Below, one piece after another: positions 6,816 to 16,000 of a stretch of 59,283 nt of DNA. The position numbers and the translations under genes were made by a program. The notes beneath the pieces are model-generated. The model worked only from the letters and a program-made list of their open reading frames with translations. It was not told the DNA's origin and did not search any database. The stretch's first letter is position 1. Each line of letters opens with the position of its first letter. Source of the stretch: a virus (lineage: Duplodnaviria > Caudoviricetes); the IMG/VR virus record IMGVR_UViG_3300025118_000014, positions 1 to 59,283 of that record, one strand, 5' to 3'.

Positions 6816-8723
6816 TCATGAGACACCGATACCGTTTTCGGCCATGTTCTCGAACCTTGTCGTGCTCATGTGGTAGTCTTCCGAATGTATGGGGTTATTG
6901 CCTGTACCCCCAACGTAGACCACTTGGTTTTCAACTGTTGCGTGCGTTGCGACACAAGATAACGCGTCCTGGATGGCGTCTACTAGGAAGCGTGGAGGCA
7001 CCCCAGTCTTCGTGTACCAGCTAGGCTTCTCAACCCAGACTCCCTTCTCGATCCAGTGATAGTGGCAGTTGCTTATACTGGAGTATCTATCTTCCATATA
7101 GCTCTCCAACTCCATTTCAATCACTCCGTTACGGTACACCTTTGTGTTGCTGACTCGCACCTCGTGGATCCTATTGTGCCTGCTGATCCTGTCGGTCAGT
7201 TTCTTCATGGCCGCACCCCTGGTCTCTTCGCTGTGTCCCAGGTGGAGTGGGTCAACCTTGGCGAACACTCGTGTGCCCCATCTGCGATCCCACTCTGGCT
7301 CTACGTTCTCATTATGTGCGGCCTTCGGGTCTGACACGGCCGAATTAAGCACGGACAGATTGCCTCCCTTGGTTAGGTTAAGGAAGTACGGCCCGTCTGG
7401 CCTGATGAACTTCGTTTGCTCTCCCAGTCCCTTAGTGGCTGCATCCAGGATCACACTCCCAGGTCTCAGGTCCATGCTGGACAGCTTGTTGTACCGGTAG
7501 TGTTCGTAGGCTACGTCTTCAGCCAAGTCATCCAGGCCCCATACCATGTACTTCAACCCCTTGTCGGTCTTGTTTCTAATGGCTGCCAGCTTGCTGTACA
7601 CGTCCTTGTACGTCAGGGTCCTGGACGTGGTTGCTCCCTTCCGCGCCTGATCCCTAGCGCCCATAGTTCCTAGCGGCTTGAACATGCGGAACAGCATGTA
7701 GTCCTCGTCCTCATGCTTATCCTGCAGCATGTTTGTGGACCTAAGCTCCATGCCTGTTAGCTGGCACCGCATTACCCAGGTCTCGCACATGTCGGCAGAG
7801 TTTCTCTTACGTCTCCTTGAAGCCCAGTACCGGTGTGACTTGCCCTTCTTCTTGCGGGACTCGAACTTCGATCCGTATGCCGTTCCCCTCTTCTTCTCGT
7901 ACTCGCCCTTCATTGGCGCAAGCCGGAACACAAGGCCCTCCATGTTCACGAGTGCACCCTTTTCCAGGCACTGCCTTCTGACGTGAACCCGGATCCCTCT
8001 TTCAATCTCAACTGCAGACCTTGGGGTGTACACATGGAACACTGGGGTCAGCTTGGTGATCTCACCTATGGCTGCAAACAGGGCGAGCGCATCCCGTCGA
8101 TTTATTACAAAGCCGAATGCTGTAGCGGGATCCTTCGTTGCGCCTATCCTGGTGTGATGGAAGATCTTGTCTTCAGGGAAATCCCCTCTTCCCTTGTTCC
8201 AGCAACGCCTTACAAGGCCGGTGGCTTCCAGCACTCTGATTGTCGCTTCCCTGCGCTGGGTGAAACTGATGTCGTTCATGGTCCTATCGAGCACTCCCTT
8301 GACGTACGACTTGGAGAAGTTGAAGCACAACGTGCCGCTCTGGCCTGGAACCGAATAGTATTGTCCGTCACAGGCCAGATACTTCAGCAAGACCTTGGAC
8401 GCTTCGATTGCTGACTCCAACGGGAATCTGCGACACTTGATCGACCGCAGCGCGACGTCCAGCACGCCAACCAGCTTGGAAGCCTGCGCTGACACCTGCT
8501 CATCCACAAGGGACGACAGTGTGATCGGCTGCCTACGCAGTGACCTGTTGATGCAGGTTGTGAGCGCTGACTGCTGCCAGAAGTGTGGGTCTCCATGATC
8601 CCGCCTGATCTTGATCACGTCGGAGTTTGACATTGAGTTAATCTCGGCACACAACGGACCACGTCTCAGCTTTTTACGGCCATCGAAGTCCTCTTCGTTG
8701 ATGTCCTCGATCTTGATCCTCAC
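6816..8723 (-). CDS. Large basic hypothetical protein (~635 aa)
   Basis: Long ORF; GTG 8723 has a GGAG RBS and an upstream TGGACT-N17-TACATT promoter (8748-8776); no family recognised. Confidence 0.75.
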   Translation of the reverse strand: MRIKIEDINEEDFDGRKKLRRGPLCAEINSMSNSDVIKIRRDHGDPHFWQQSALTTCINRSLRRQPITLSSLVDEQVSAQASKLVGVLDVALRSIKCRRFPLESAIEASKVLLKYLACDGQYYSVPGQSGTLCFNFSKSYVKGVLDRTMNDISFTQRREATIRVLEATGLVRRCWNKGRGDFPEDKIFHHTRIGATKDPATAFGFVINRRDALALFAAIGEITKLTPVFHVYTPRSAVEIERGIRVHVRRQCLEKGALVNMEGLVFRLAPMKGEYEKKRGTAYGSKFESRKKKGKSHRYWASRRRKRNSADMCETWVMRCQLTGMELRSTNMLQDKHEDEDYMLFRMFKPLGTMGARDQARKGATTSRTLTYKDVYSKLAAIRNKTDKGLKYMVWGLDDLAEDVAYEHYRYNKLSSMDLRPGSVILDAATKGLGEQTKFIRPDGPYFLNLTKGGNLSVLNSAVSDPKAAHNENVEPEWDRRWGTRVFAKVDPLHLGHSEETRGAAMKKLTDRISRHNRIHEVRVSNTKVYRNGVIEMELESYMEDRYSSISNCHYHWIEKGVWVEKPSWYTKTGVPPRFLVDAIQDALSCVATHATVENQVVYVGGTGNNPIHSEDYHMSTTRFENMAENGIGVS

Positions 8724-8793
8724 GTCGTCTCCATTGTTGTTGTCTCTAATGTATATCCCTGGACAGACAAAGTCCACAAGTTTGTGTATAAGA

Positions 8794-9090
8794 TTATGCT
8801 CCCATCCACTGTGCTGCTGCCACGATCTCCTCCGGAGTTCCACGAGCAACGTCGAGGTTGCCGTTGCTGCACCAGTACAGGAACTCATAGTCTTCCTTGC
8901 CGCCTGAGCGGGCAAGTCGCCTAGCCCTGTCTTCTGGCGGATTCTGCTCCACCCGGATGTAGAGATCCCCCTTCTTCAAGGTGCGAACGATGCAGTAGTC
9001 CTTTCCTGTCTGCAGGTAGTAGGAACCCCACAGGGCTTCCTCCACGCACTCAGCGATTAGCTGCATTGTATTTGATTTGTCTAGGTTCAT
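8794..9090 (-). CDS. Hypothetical early protein
   Basis: ATG 9090 overlaps the stop of the upstream gene (ATGA); GGAG RBS. Confidence 0.7.
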   Translation of the reverse strand: MNLDKSNTMQLIAECVEEALWGSYYLQTGKDYCIVRTLKKGDLYIRVEQNPPEDRARRLARSGGKEDYEFLYWCSNGNLDVARGTPEEIVAAAQWMGA

Positions 9091-9485
9091 CCCATCTCCC
9101 CTGCGATGTTGCGCAAGATAGTGCGTTCTTCTTTGGCCTGGAACGCTCGGATGATCGCTGGCTTGCATGTGCCTGTGTCAATCAAGATGGTCGCCTGATC
9201 CTGCGCGATTGACCGGATGTTCTCGCGAATCTTGCCCTCGAACGCTCCGTCGTTGAACGTCAGCGGCGCATGACAGTGCAGGTTGCCGTCGAACTTCTCA
9301 ACGATCATGCTGTCGTCTGCCACGTCACAGCGGAACACTTTGGCGAGTACGATCTTTCCGCTCATGCGAGGGCTGCATCGGTACACCTTGACCATGACGA
9401 TGTCGGCCTCTGGTGGACAGACCGTCCGGAATGGATTGGATGGGTCCGTGCTATAAAAGGTGTGCATTTCGCGTGTGAGTGTCAT
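9087..9485 (-). CDS. Hypothetical early protein
   Basis: AAAGGAG RBS and dedicated promoter at 9508-9536. Confidence 0.8.
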   Translation of the reverse strand: MTLTREMHTFYSTDPSNPFRTVCPPEADIVMVKVYRCSPRMSGKIVLAKVFRCDVADDSMIVEKFDGNLHCHAPLTFNDGAFEGKIRENIRSIAQDQATILIDTGTCKPAIIRAFQAKEERTILRNIAGEMG

Positions 9486-9544
9486 GGTGTTCTCCTTTGT
9501 TGTATCTATTGTGATCGTTGGATCGCCGCGTGTCCAGAACTTTC

Positions 9545-9739
9545 TTAGGAAAGATCCTGCGATGTGATCTTCATGAAGAACGCTTCAGCCTCAGCGAGAG
9601 TTTCGAACCGCTCAACGCACTGCCCAGCAAACGCTGTGGACTGGACAATGAAGTAGTTCTCCGGGTCATAGTAAGAAATACGCTGCGCCTTGATGATGGT
9701 CTTACGGTCTGCTGATTTTCGGATAATTGTCGGTGTCAT
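9545..9739 (-). CDS. Small early protein, paralog of 2492..2665
   Basis: AAGGAG RBS, own promoter, clear paralogy. Confidence 0.8.
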   Translation of the reverse strand: MTPTIIRKSADRKTIIKAQRISYYDPENYFIVQSTAFAGQCVERFETLAEAEAFFMKITSQDLS

Positions 9740-9799
9740 AGTGTTTCTCCTTGGTATGTATATATTATGATCGCCGGATCGTCTGGTGTCCAGAACTTT

Positions 9800-10345
9800 C
9801 TACCAAGTGTTGTTTAATTTCTCCAGCTTGATCTCCGCGTGATGCGCTGTCATACCCCACATGTCGGCACATCGCTCCACAAACAGTTCCCAGATTGGTT
9901 CCTCTACGGCCCTGGCTGCTACTTCGTGCGCCTTGTTCCAGTAATCGGTATCGTTCTGGTCGATCCCCTTGTAGACCTGTGAGCCCGTAAGCTCTCCAGT
10001 TGTGTACTGGCGAGCATGCTCTAGCTCGTGCGCGAGCGCTGTAACGAAGCTCCTCATCTTCAAGTTGGCCTTGATTGCAATCTGGATTTCGTTAGGGGCT
10101 AGGCCGAGGTCCTTGTCCATCTCTGTTTCCCACACTGAGCGACAGTACCCGTGCGTGCGCTTTCTAAAGCCCGTCATGTTGGCGCGGATGGTGATCTTCT
10201 CGCGTCGAAGGCCCAGGACCTCCACAGCCAAGTCGAGGGCTACCGACCACAGGTCCTGAACGATCTCGCTGCGCTTGTGAACCCTCTTGGATTCCCGCAC
10301 GAAGATTCGGTGGCTCTGGCATTTGTATCCGCTCTTGACTTCCAT
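9800..10345 (-). CDS. HExxH zincin-like metallopeptidase domain protein
   Basis: TALAHELEHARQY...YW...HE..A motif; start moved to ATG 10345 (AAAGGAG RBS). Confidence 0.75.
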   Translation of the reverse strand: MEVKSGYKCQSHRIFVRESKRVHKRSEIVQDLWSVALDLAVEVLGLRREKITIRANMTGFRKRTHGYCRSVWETEMDKDLGLAPNEIQIAIKANLKMRSFVTALAHELEHARQYTTGELTGSQVYKGIDQNDTDYWNKAHEVAARAVEEPIWELFVERCADMWGMTAHHAEIKLEKLNNTW

Positions 10346-10401
10346 GTTGTTCTCCTTTGTTACCAGTATCTTAGCCAGGGGATCCTGGCCTGTCCACAGG
10401 T

Positions 10402-10650
10402 TTATTGGGTTACCTTCAGGTCCACGAAGTACGGGCTGTAATCTCCGCCGCGACCTGGACGCATGATCCAGAATTCGTGCGGCCCGTGTTCCAGCCAACA
10501 GAGGCCACAGGGCAGCTTGTCTTCCGAGCCGTCGTGTCCACAGACCATGATCATCCCGTCTTCCTTAACCACTTCGATTACGAACCACCCCGTCAGGACC
10601 ATGTGTCTAACCATGTTTGTCTCAATGTTGAATAAGTCTACGTTGTCCAT
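10402..10650 (-). CDS. Hypothetical early protein
   Basis: Start moved to ATG 10650 (AAAGGAG RBS, own promoter). Confidence 0.75.
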   Translation of the reverse strand: MDNVDLFNIETNMVRHMVLTGWFVIEVVKEDGMIMVCGHDGSEDKLPCGLCWLEHGPHEFWIMRPGRGGDYSPYFVDLKVTQ

Positions 10651-10693
10651 AGTGTTCTCCTTTGTTACCAGCAAGGTAGTCGTGGGATCCCCC

Positions 10694-10954
10694 CTAGTCA
10701 AGAACTTCTTTCCACAACTCGACAGATTCAAGAGTCAGGGCTGTGATCTTGGCTGTGTACGTGCAGTACAACTCTGACATCAAGTCGTATTGTCCATTCA
10801 GCCTAGCGTGCTTCTCGTTGAACTCAGGGTCTTCGACGTCCAGGGCCATGATAGCTTCGAACACGTCGTTGTTAAGGTCGCTTACGATTGTGCGTGCCTC
10901 GTTGAGTGCTTCCCGCTTTCCCATATTCTCGTTGATTTTTTCGTAGTCTAGCAT
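10694..10954 (-). CDS. Hypothetical acidic helical early protein
   Basis: Start moved to ATG 10954 (AAAGGAG RBS, own promoter). Confidence 0.75.
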   Translation of the reverse strand: MLDYEKINENMGKREALNEARTIVSDLNNDVFEAIMALDVEDPEFNEKHARLNGQYDLMSELYCTYTAKITALTLESVELWKEVLD

Positions 10955-11017
10955 GTCGTTCTCCTTTGTTGTATACATTGTGATCGTCGGATCGCGCGGT
11001 GTCCAGAAGTTTCTGAA

Positions 11018-11365
11018 TTATTTCCAGCCCAATTCTTTCTTGAGAACCTTAACAAGCAGTTCCTTACGGGTCAGGCCCTGAAGATCGTCCCGGTATTGGA
11101 CAGCGCCGACCAGCATATCGAGGCTGGCGTCCACGTCTTTGTGGTGCTCAAGGTCTGATGCCCAGTAATCGACATCGTCGTGCAGCTTGCGGATTTCCCG
11201 CTTAAGCTCGTACTTAACTTCGTTCAACTTGCGGAATTCTTCCCAATCCGTACCCTCTGCTAACATGAGACGCTTGATTGACTCAAGTCGTTCTTCCTTT
11301 ACGGCCTTGAGGCTAGATAACTTCTTTAACATACGTTCTGCGTTCTTGATTGCTAAGTCTTCCAT
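11018..11365 (-). CDS. Hypothetical coiled-coil early protein
   Basis: Start moved to ATG 11365 (GAGGAG RBS, own promoter). Confidence 0.75.
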   Translation of the reverse strand: MEDLAIKNAERMLKKLSSLKAVKEERLESIKRLMLAEGTDWEEFRKLNEVKYELKREIRKLHDDVDYWASDLEHHKDVDASLDMLVGAVQYRDDLQGLTRKELLVKVLKKELGWK

Positions 11366-11428
11366 TGTGTTTCTCCTCTCTATGCCTATATAGTGATCGT
11401 CGGATCGTCCCGTGTCCACATAAAAATG

Positions 11429-11461
11429 AAAAAGGGGGATCCCATCGCTGAGATCCCCCTT
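11429..11461 (-). terminator. Intrinsic terminator separating late genes from the early array
   Basis: AGGGGGATC/GATCCCCCT stem plus U-tract; homologous to the terminator at 2737-2770. Confidence 0.7.
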
Positions 11462-11483
11462 GAAGTTCGGAATTGAACACAAC

Positions 11484-11852
11484 CTATTTTGGCGGAACAA
11501 CCTCTTCTTCTTCGATAACCTTTTCGGTCTGCACTCGCTTGGCGAACTCGCGTGTAGCCGAGTGACCAAGTACTGCCATGGCTCCACTGGAGATTCCATG
11601 TCCGATGATAGACACGTAGTCTGCAGTGACTTCAGGAGGATGCCCTGAGATGACGCTGATCATGCCGTGAGCGAACACGGATGCCATGACTGCCAACAGA
11701 GGAGCGTATGTCCTGATGAACTGCTCGATGAGGGGGTACTTAGCAGACGCCTTGCGCGCTGCTGTGATCAATAGGATGGCAGCGATTGCAACCATCGGAT
11801 CTTCAGTGGGCACGCCCATGAGACCGCTCTGCTGAATAATTAATTCTTCCAT
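11484..11852 (-). CDS. Holin-like membrane protein
   Basis: Two to three hydrophobic segments and a charged C-terminus. Confidence 0.55.
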   Translation of the reverse strand: MEELIIQQSGLMGVPTEDPMVAIAAILLITAARKASAKYPLIEQFIRTYAPLLAVMASVFAHGMISVISGHPPEVTADYVSIIGHGISSGAMAVLGHSATREFAKRVQTEKVIEEEEVVPPK

Positions 11853-12136
11853 TAGAAAACTCCAAGTATTTTGGCAGTGGATGCACCAATGAGTCCGCTG
11901 GAGCCCAGTACCGCTAGTATGGCTATGATTGCCCGTTTGTGGATGTCCAAGACAGACGAGTGCTTGTGAAGCTCGACGACTGCCTCTTGAACGTCCTCTT
12001 GCAGTGACTCAATCTTCTCGATGATGAGACGGTCAGAAGTTTCCACCCGCCCCTCAAGGGATTTAAGTCGTCCGGACATGGCCTCATATTGGCCACTTAA
12101 CTTTCCGATCTGCACAAGTGAATCGCTATTGTCCAT
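11852..12136 (-). CDS. Coiled-coil protein with a C-terminal TM helix (lysis accessory-like)
   Basis: Heptad pattern followed by AIIAILAVLGSSGLIG; start moved to ATG 12136. Confidence 0.65.
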   Translation of the reverse strand: MDNSDSLVQIGKLSGQYEAMSGRLKSLEGRVETSDRLIIEKIESLQEDVQEAVVELHKHSSVLDIHKRAIIAILAVLGSSGLIGASTAKILGVF

Positions 12137-12587
12137 CTTCGTCACCTTCGTCGGCAGCGGGGGCTGCTTCCTCAGTGGCTTCAGGTGGTGCTTCTTCTTC
12201 CTCGGACAACCATCCATGCTCTTCCATCTCGTCGTAGATGCGCTCTACTTGAGGGCGAAGCAGTTCCTTAACGATGACGTTGATTATTAAACCATCAACC
12301 ATCTCCAGGATGGAGCCAACGATCCCGAGTCCACGGAAGTCCATGAATTCGTCGATACGATCAACCAATTCGTCCAGCACTTCATCAAGTTCTTCATCAC
12401 GCGGGAGAACTTCGTCAGCAAGGTCGCGGATAGTTTCCTTGGCGAGTTTCTCGAACATTTTGAATTGGAAAATTTTGCGAAAACGCTCTGCTGTACGCTT
12501 GCGTCGTTCTTTGCGACGTTCTTTGCGGATTGCTTTCTTTTCGTCTTTTGAGAGATTCTTTCTTTCTTCTCTAGTCAGTAATGGCAT
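12126..12587 (-). CDS. Hypothetical protein, basic N-terminus and acidic C-terminus
   Basis: AGGAGG RBS; late motif at 12625-12632. Confidence 0.8.
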   Translation of the reverse strand: MPLLTREERKNLSKDEKKAIRKERRKERRKRTAERFRKIFQFKMFEKLAKETIRDLADEVLPRDEELDEVLDELVDRIDEFMDFRGLGIVGSILEMVDGLIINVIVKELLRPQVERIYDEMEEHGWLSEEEEAPPEATEEAAPAADEGDEDGQ

Positions 12588-12655
12588 GTCTGCCTCCTGG
12601 TAATATGGGTGAGGGCTACTCGTGTTATACCCTCAAAACCCTATCCCTGAAAGTC

Positions 12656-12931
12656 TCAAAACATCTCTATTTCTCTAGTGGAGTCAGGTACTGCCCTTTC
12701 GGTTGAAGTTTTATTCTTGGCCTTGCCCTCGTCTTTTCCGGCGTACTTGAACTTGGGCTCCCAGTACGGGAATCCCTTAGAGCGCTCCGTTTTGCCCTGC
12801 GAAGCGTTCTTAACCTTGAATCCCTCTATCTGTTCTTCAGACGCGCCGGATTGCTCTAGCATGGCTATGCAGTCCTCCTTGCTAATGTAGAAAAGATCAA
12901 ACATCCTCTGTATTGTCTCAATTCGGCTCAT
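12656..12931 (-). CDS. Hypothetical protein
   Basis: GGAGG RBS; TTGACT-N17-TACTCT promoter overlapping a terminator hairpin at ~12945-12990. Confidence 0.7.
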   Translation of the reverse strand: MSRIETIQRMFDLFYISKEDCIAMLEQSGASEEQIEGFKVKNASQGKTERSKGFPYWEPKFKYAGKDEGKAKNKTSTERAVPDSTREIEMF

Positions 12932-13011
12932 CAATCCTCCAAAGAAAAGGGCCCTGGACAGAGAGTATCCATCCAGGGCCGGTTAGTCAATGACTTTCTA
13001 CAAAGTTCCCG

Positions 13012-16000
13012 CTAATCCTCGGGGGTTGCGCTTACTAAGTCAGCGCTACTCATGTTGTAAGAGTACCATTTATAAACTGAGCCACTGGTATTAGTGTAAC
13101 CCTGATTATATAAAGAGTTCCAAGTTTCTGGATTTCCATAATGGATACCATCTCCACACCATAAAGAGTTAACGTATTTATGTGTATTAGCGTTATTGTG
13201 CACGTAACCACTAGCATTGTTATAAGTCGCTTTACGCCAAAGTCTGCTAGTCATTACATCCTCCATGAACTTCTTAGGATTGTTACAATGCCAAGCTATC
13301 TCTTCATCAGTTAATAAAGCTACTCCTTGAGGTAATGTTGACGCAGTACACGCTGCAACTTCTCCCATAAAATACTTTGCTGAGAACTGTTGCCCGACAT
13401 AAAAATAAACATCTATCTTGTCATTAAACCCGTAATTGCTATGAGTCCAAGTACCTTGAACTTCAGAAACTGCACCAGTTGCCATTACTCTATTGATAAT
13501 GAACCTGCTATAGTAATCATTCACATTTGAACTTGAAGAACCTGTTAAGCCTCCATCGTATTGGATGTTGATTCCATACCATTCGTCAGTATTAATGTTG
13601 TCAGTGCTTGTGAATTCTAAGTTATTAGATGTTGAGCCAAACTTGAAGTTCAATTTACCATTCTTTCTTGTTAGCATTACGCCACCTGCCGTATTGCCTT
13701 GAGTCCAAATAGCTCTCTCATTAGCTGTATTAGAATCCGTACACCTAAACCATACACTGACAGTCCAAGGTTGAGAATTACTCCAAGCCTCACCAGGGTT
13801 AACAGTTGTGCCGCCTGACTGGTTATACATGTAAAGAGGGTTACTCTGTGAACTACTTGGGTTAGCTCTCAAGTAATCGTTAGAACCATCAAACGACATA
13901 GCCTTAGTAAACGGAGTATCTGAGCCACCGATAGATATATCTGTGTCATCATTACTAACGTCATTCAAGACATCAATCGTAATAGTCCCTGTATCTGACC
14001 CGTAGTTGTTAGCCATAGTCACATTCAATACATGCTGAATGTCAATGCCGTCTGTGATAGTTTCTGCCGTTCCAATGATGGCAGTGCCATTGTCAGCGTA
14101 CCCGCTCGGCACACCTGTCACGTTATACGTGTGGGTGTCTCCCGCAGCTTTGTAAACTATATTTACAGAACTGCCTTCCATTACATTTTGTTGAATGTCT
14201 GTGAAGGTTGGCGCGTAGTTGGTGTCGACATCTGTTACCTGCTCATTCCATACAATAGAAGTAGAGCCGCCCCAGATCCCGTGACTGGGCGCCACAGTCC
14301 CGCTGCTAACAAAGTTCGTGTCTGGATAGTACCAAGTTGTATTAGTCAGGTCGTCGTCGTATGTCTTCGATGAACTAGAGCCAGAACCGCCCTCAACCAA
14401 GTCAATCGCGTTCGCTTCTGCCTCCGTCCTAAACAAAGGATACTCGAAGTTGCCATCAGGCGATTCGATGAAGAACCAAGTGGCCACGTTGGTGCCGCCT
14501 GCTACTGCATCCAAGTTGTACTTGCTTAAAACTGGGATTGTGGAAATGCTGGAAGCGTAAGCGTTAGCGCCAAAGAACATGTGAACAGCGGCCCCGCCAG
14601 TGGAGCTATTCAGAGTCATTATCAGTTCGTCTGCATCTTCGTCCCACATTTCTAGTGTATTGTCAGACAAGTGCCTCCACGATACCAGTATCTGGTTGCC
14701 ATGAGTTGGGTTCCATTGTCCTCCGTAGTTAACAGTATCGTAGTAACTGTTGCTGGAGTTCATGGTCCACCCGTTGGTTGTAGCGTGTTGGAGAATTTCG
14801 GTTGTATGCCATCTAAATCTGTTTTCCAGATCATTTACCGGGTTCGACTCTCCTATTGATGTGCCTGTATAATCTAGCGCATAATACCTATTGTGACCTG
14901 CGGAGGGCAGCGTGAAAGTAAATTTCTCATTAGGCAAAATTGACATATTAGACTTGATGATAGTCTGAGTTTCGATTCCGTCAGACCATTCTCCATTCTC
15001 GGAGTCGTCTAAATCTGCAACAACGGTCCACCGCTCAGTTCGTTCCTGCATGACAGGGAACTTCGCGTTAGGCTGGTTGGCTCCACCCATAAAGATGGTA
15101 ACTTCGTCGCCCACGAGGGCCACATTGCTCCTGCCGACTGTAACCTCTTCGCCGCCCGTTATGTCGAGCAGGTACAGGTAACCGTCGTTACCATACCTCA
15201 GGCACAGTACCGTGTTGTTGGTTATGTCGTACCCTGAAGCAAACCTGCTTGCAACGTCAACGCCTATAGAGGTCTCTCTAACTGTATTAGTCGAACTGCT
15301 GAATTTGAAGTTGGTGGACCATCTCGTGTCGAGCATGACATCGACTTCGTCGTAAGTCGTCTCTGCGCCGCTCCAGACACCCAGTATGTAAGTGCCGTTG
15401 TCGCTGTGAGTCCAGATGTACTCGTGGCCCTTTTCTAAGAAGTCACCGTTGTAGAACGGCTGGCTGCCCTTGTATGTGGCCGTAACAGTCGGATCCGTTA
15501 CTGCATCCTCAGCATCTACTCCATAAGCGATGTACCAGTTGTCCGCCTGCGCTGGCAGCGATGAGCCACCTCCGCCGCTAGTGTTGACTCCAACTTCTGA
15601 CTCCAAGAATGTCTTGTAGTTCATGAGCGACATCTCGAAGGCCGCATTCATCGTGTCATTCATGGAATTGACATCACTCCCCGCAACGACGCCATTGACG
15701 TACACGTTGGGGTAAGTCAAGTCGCTTAATTGGACTTTCTTGCTTCCCTTCTGGATCACGTCAACGAATGTTCCCCTGTTTATGGATTGCAGCTCGTTAA
15801 TGCCGTATACGTTGACTGTATCACCACCCACCCCGTCGCACAGGGCAACGGTCATCTTGATGGTGTCCACGACCACGTCCAACGTCTTGACGCTCGTTGA
15901 GTGATTGCTGAATGGTAGCTCAAAGTGACTGCCTGCACCAGTGTGCAAGACATTCTTCTCGGCTGTATCAATGTATCGACAGTCTCCGATTGTTACTCTG

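Larger units (their letters stand above)
9508..11418 (-). repeat. Six repeated early promoter/RBS cassettes (9508-9536, 9764-9792, 10368-10396, 10673-10701, 10977-11005, 11390-11418)
   Basis: TGGACA or TTGACT, then N17 containing GATC, then CA(C/T)AAT/CACTAT/TAAGAT/TACCTT, followed by an AGGAGAA-type RBS before each small gene. Confidence 0.85.

Noticed and set aside
9490-11461. CRISPR or integron-like array suggested by regularly recurring repeats
   Set aside because: The repeats are degenerate promoter/RBS units separated by 200-550-nt genes; no cas or integrase genes are present.
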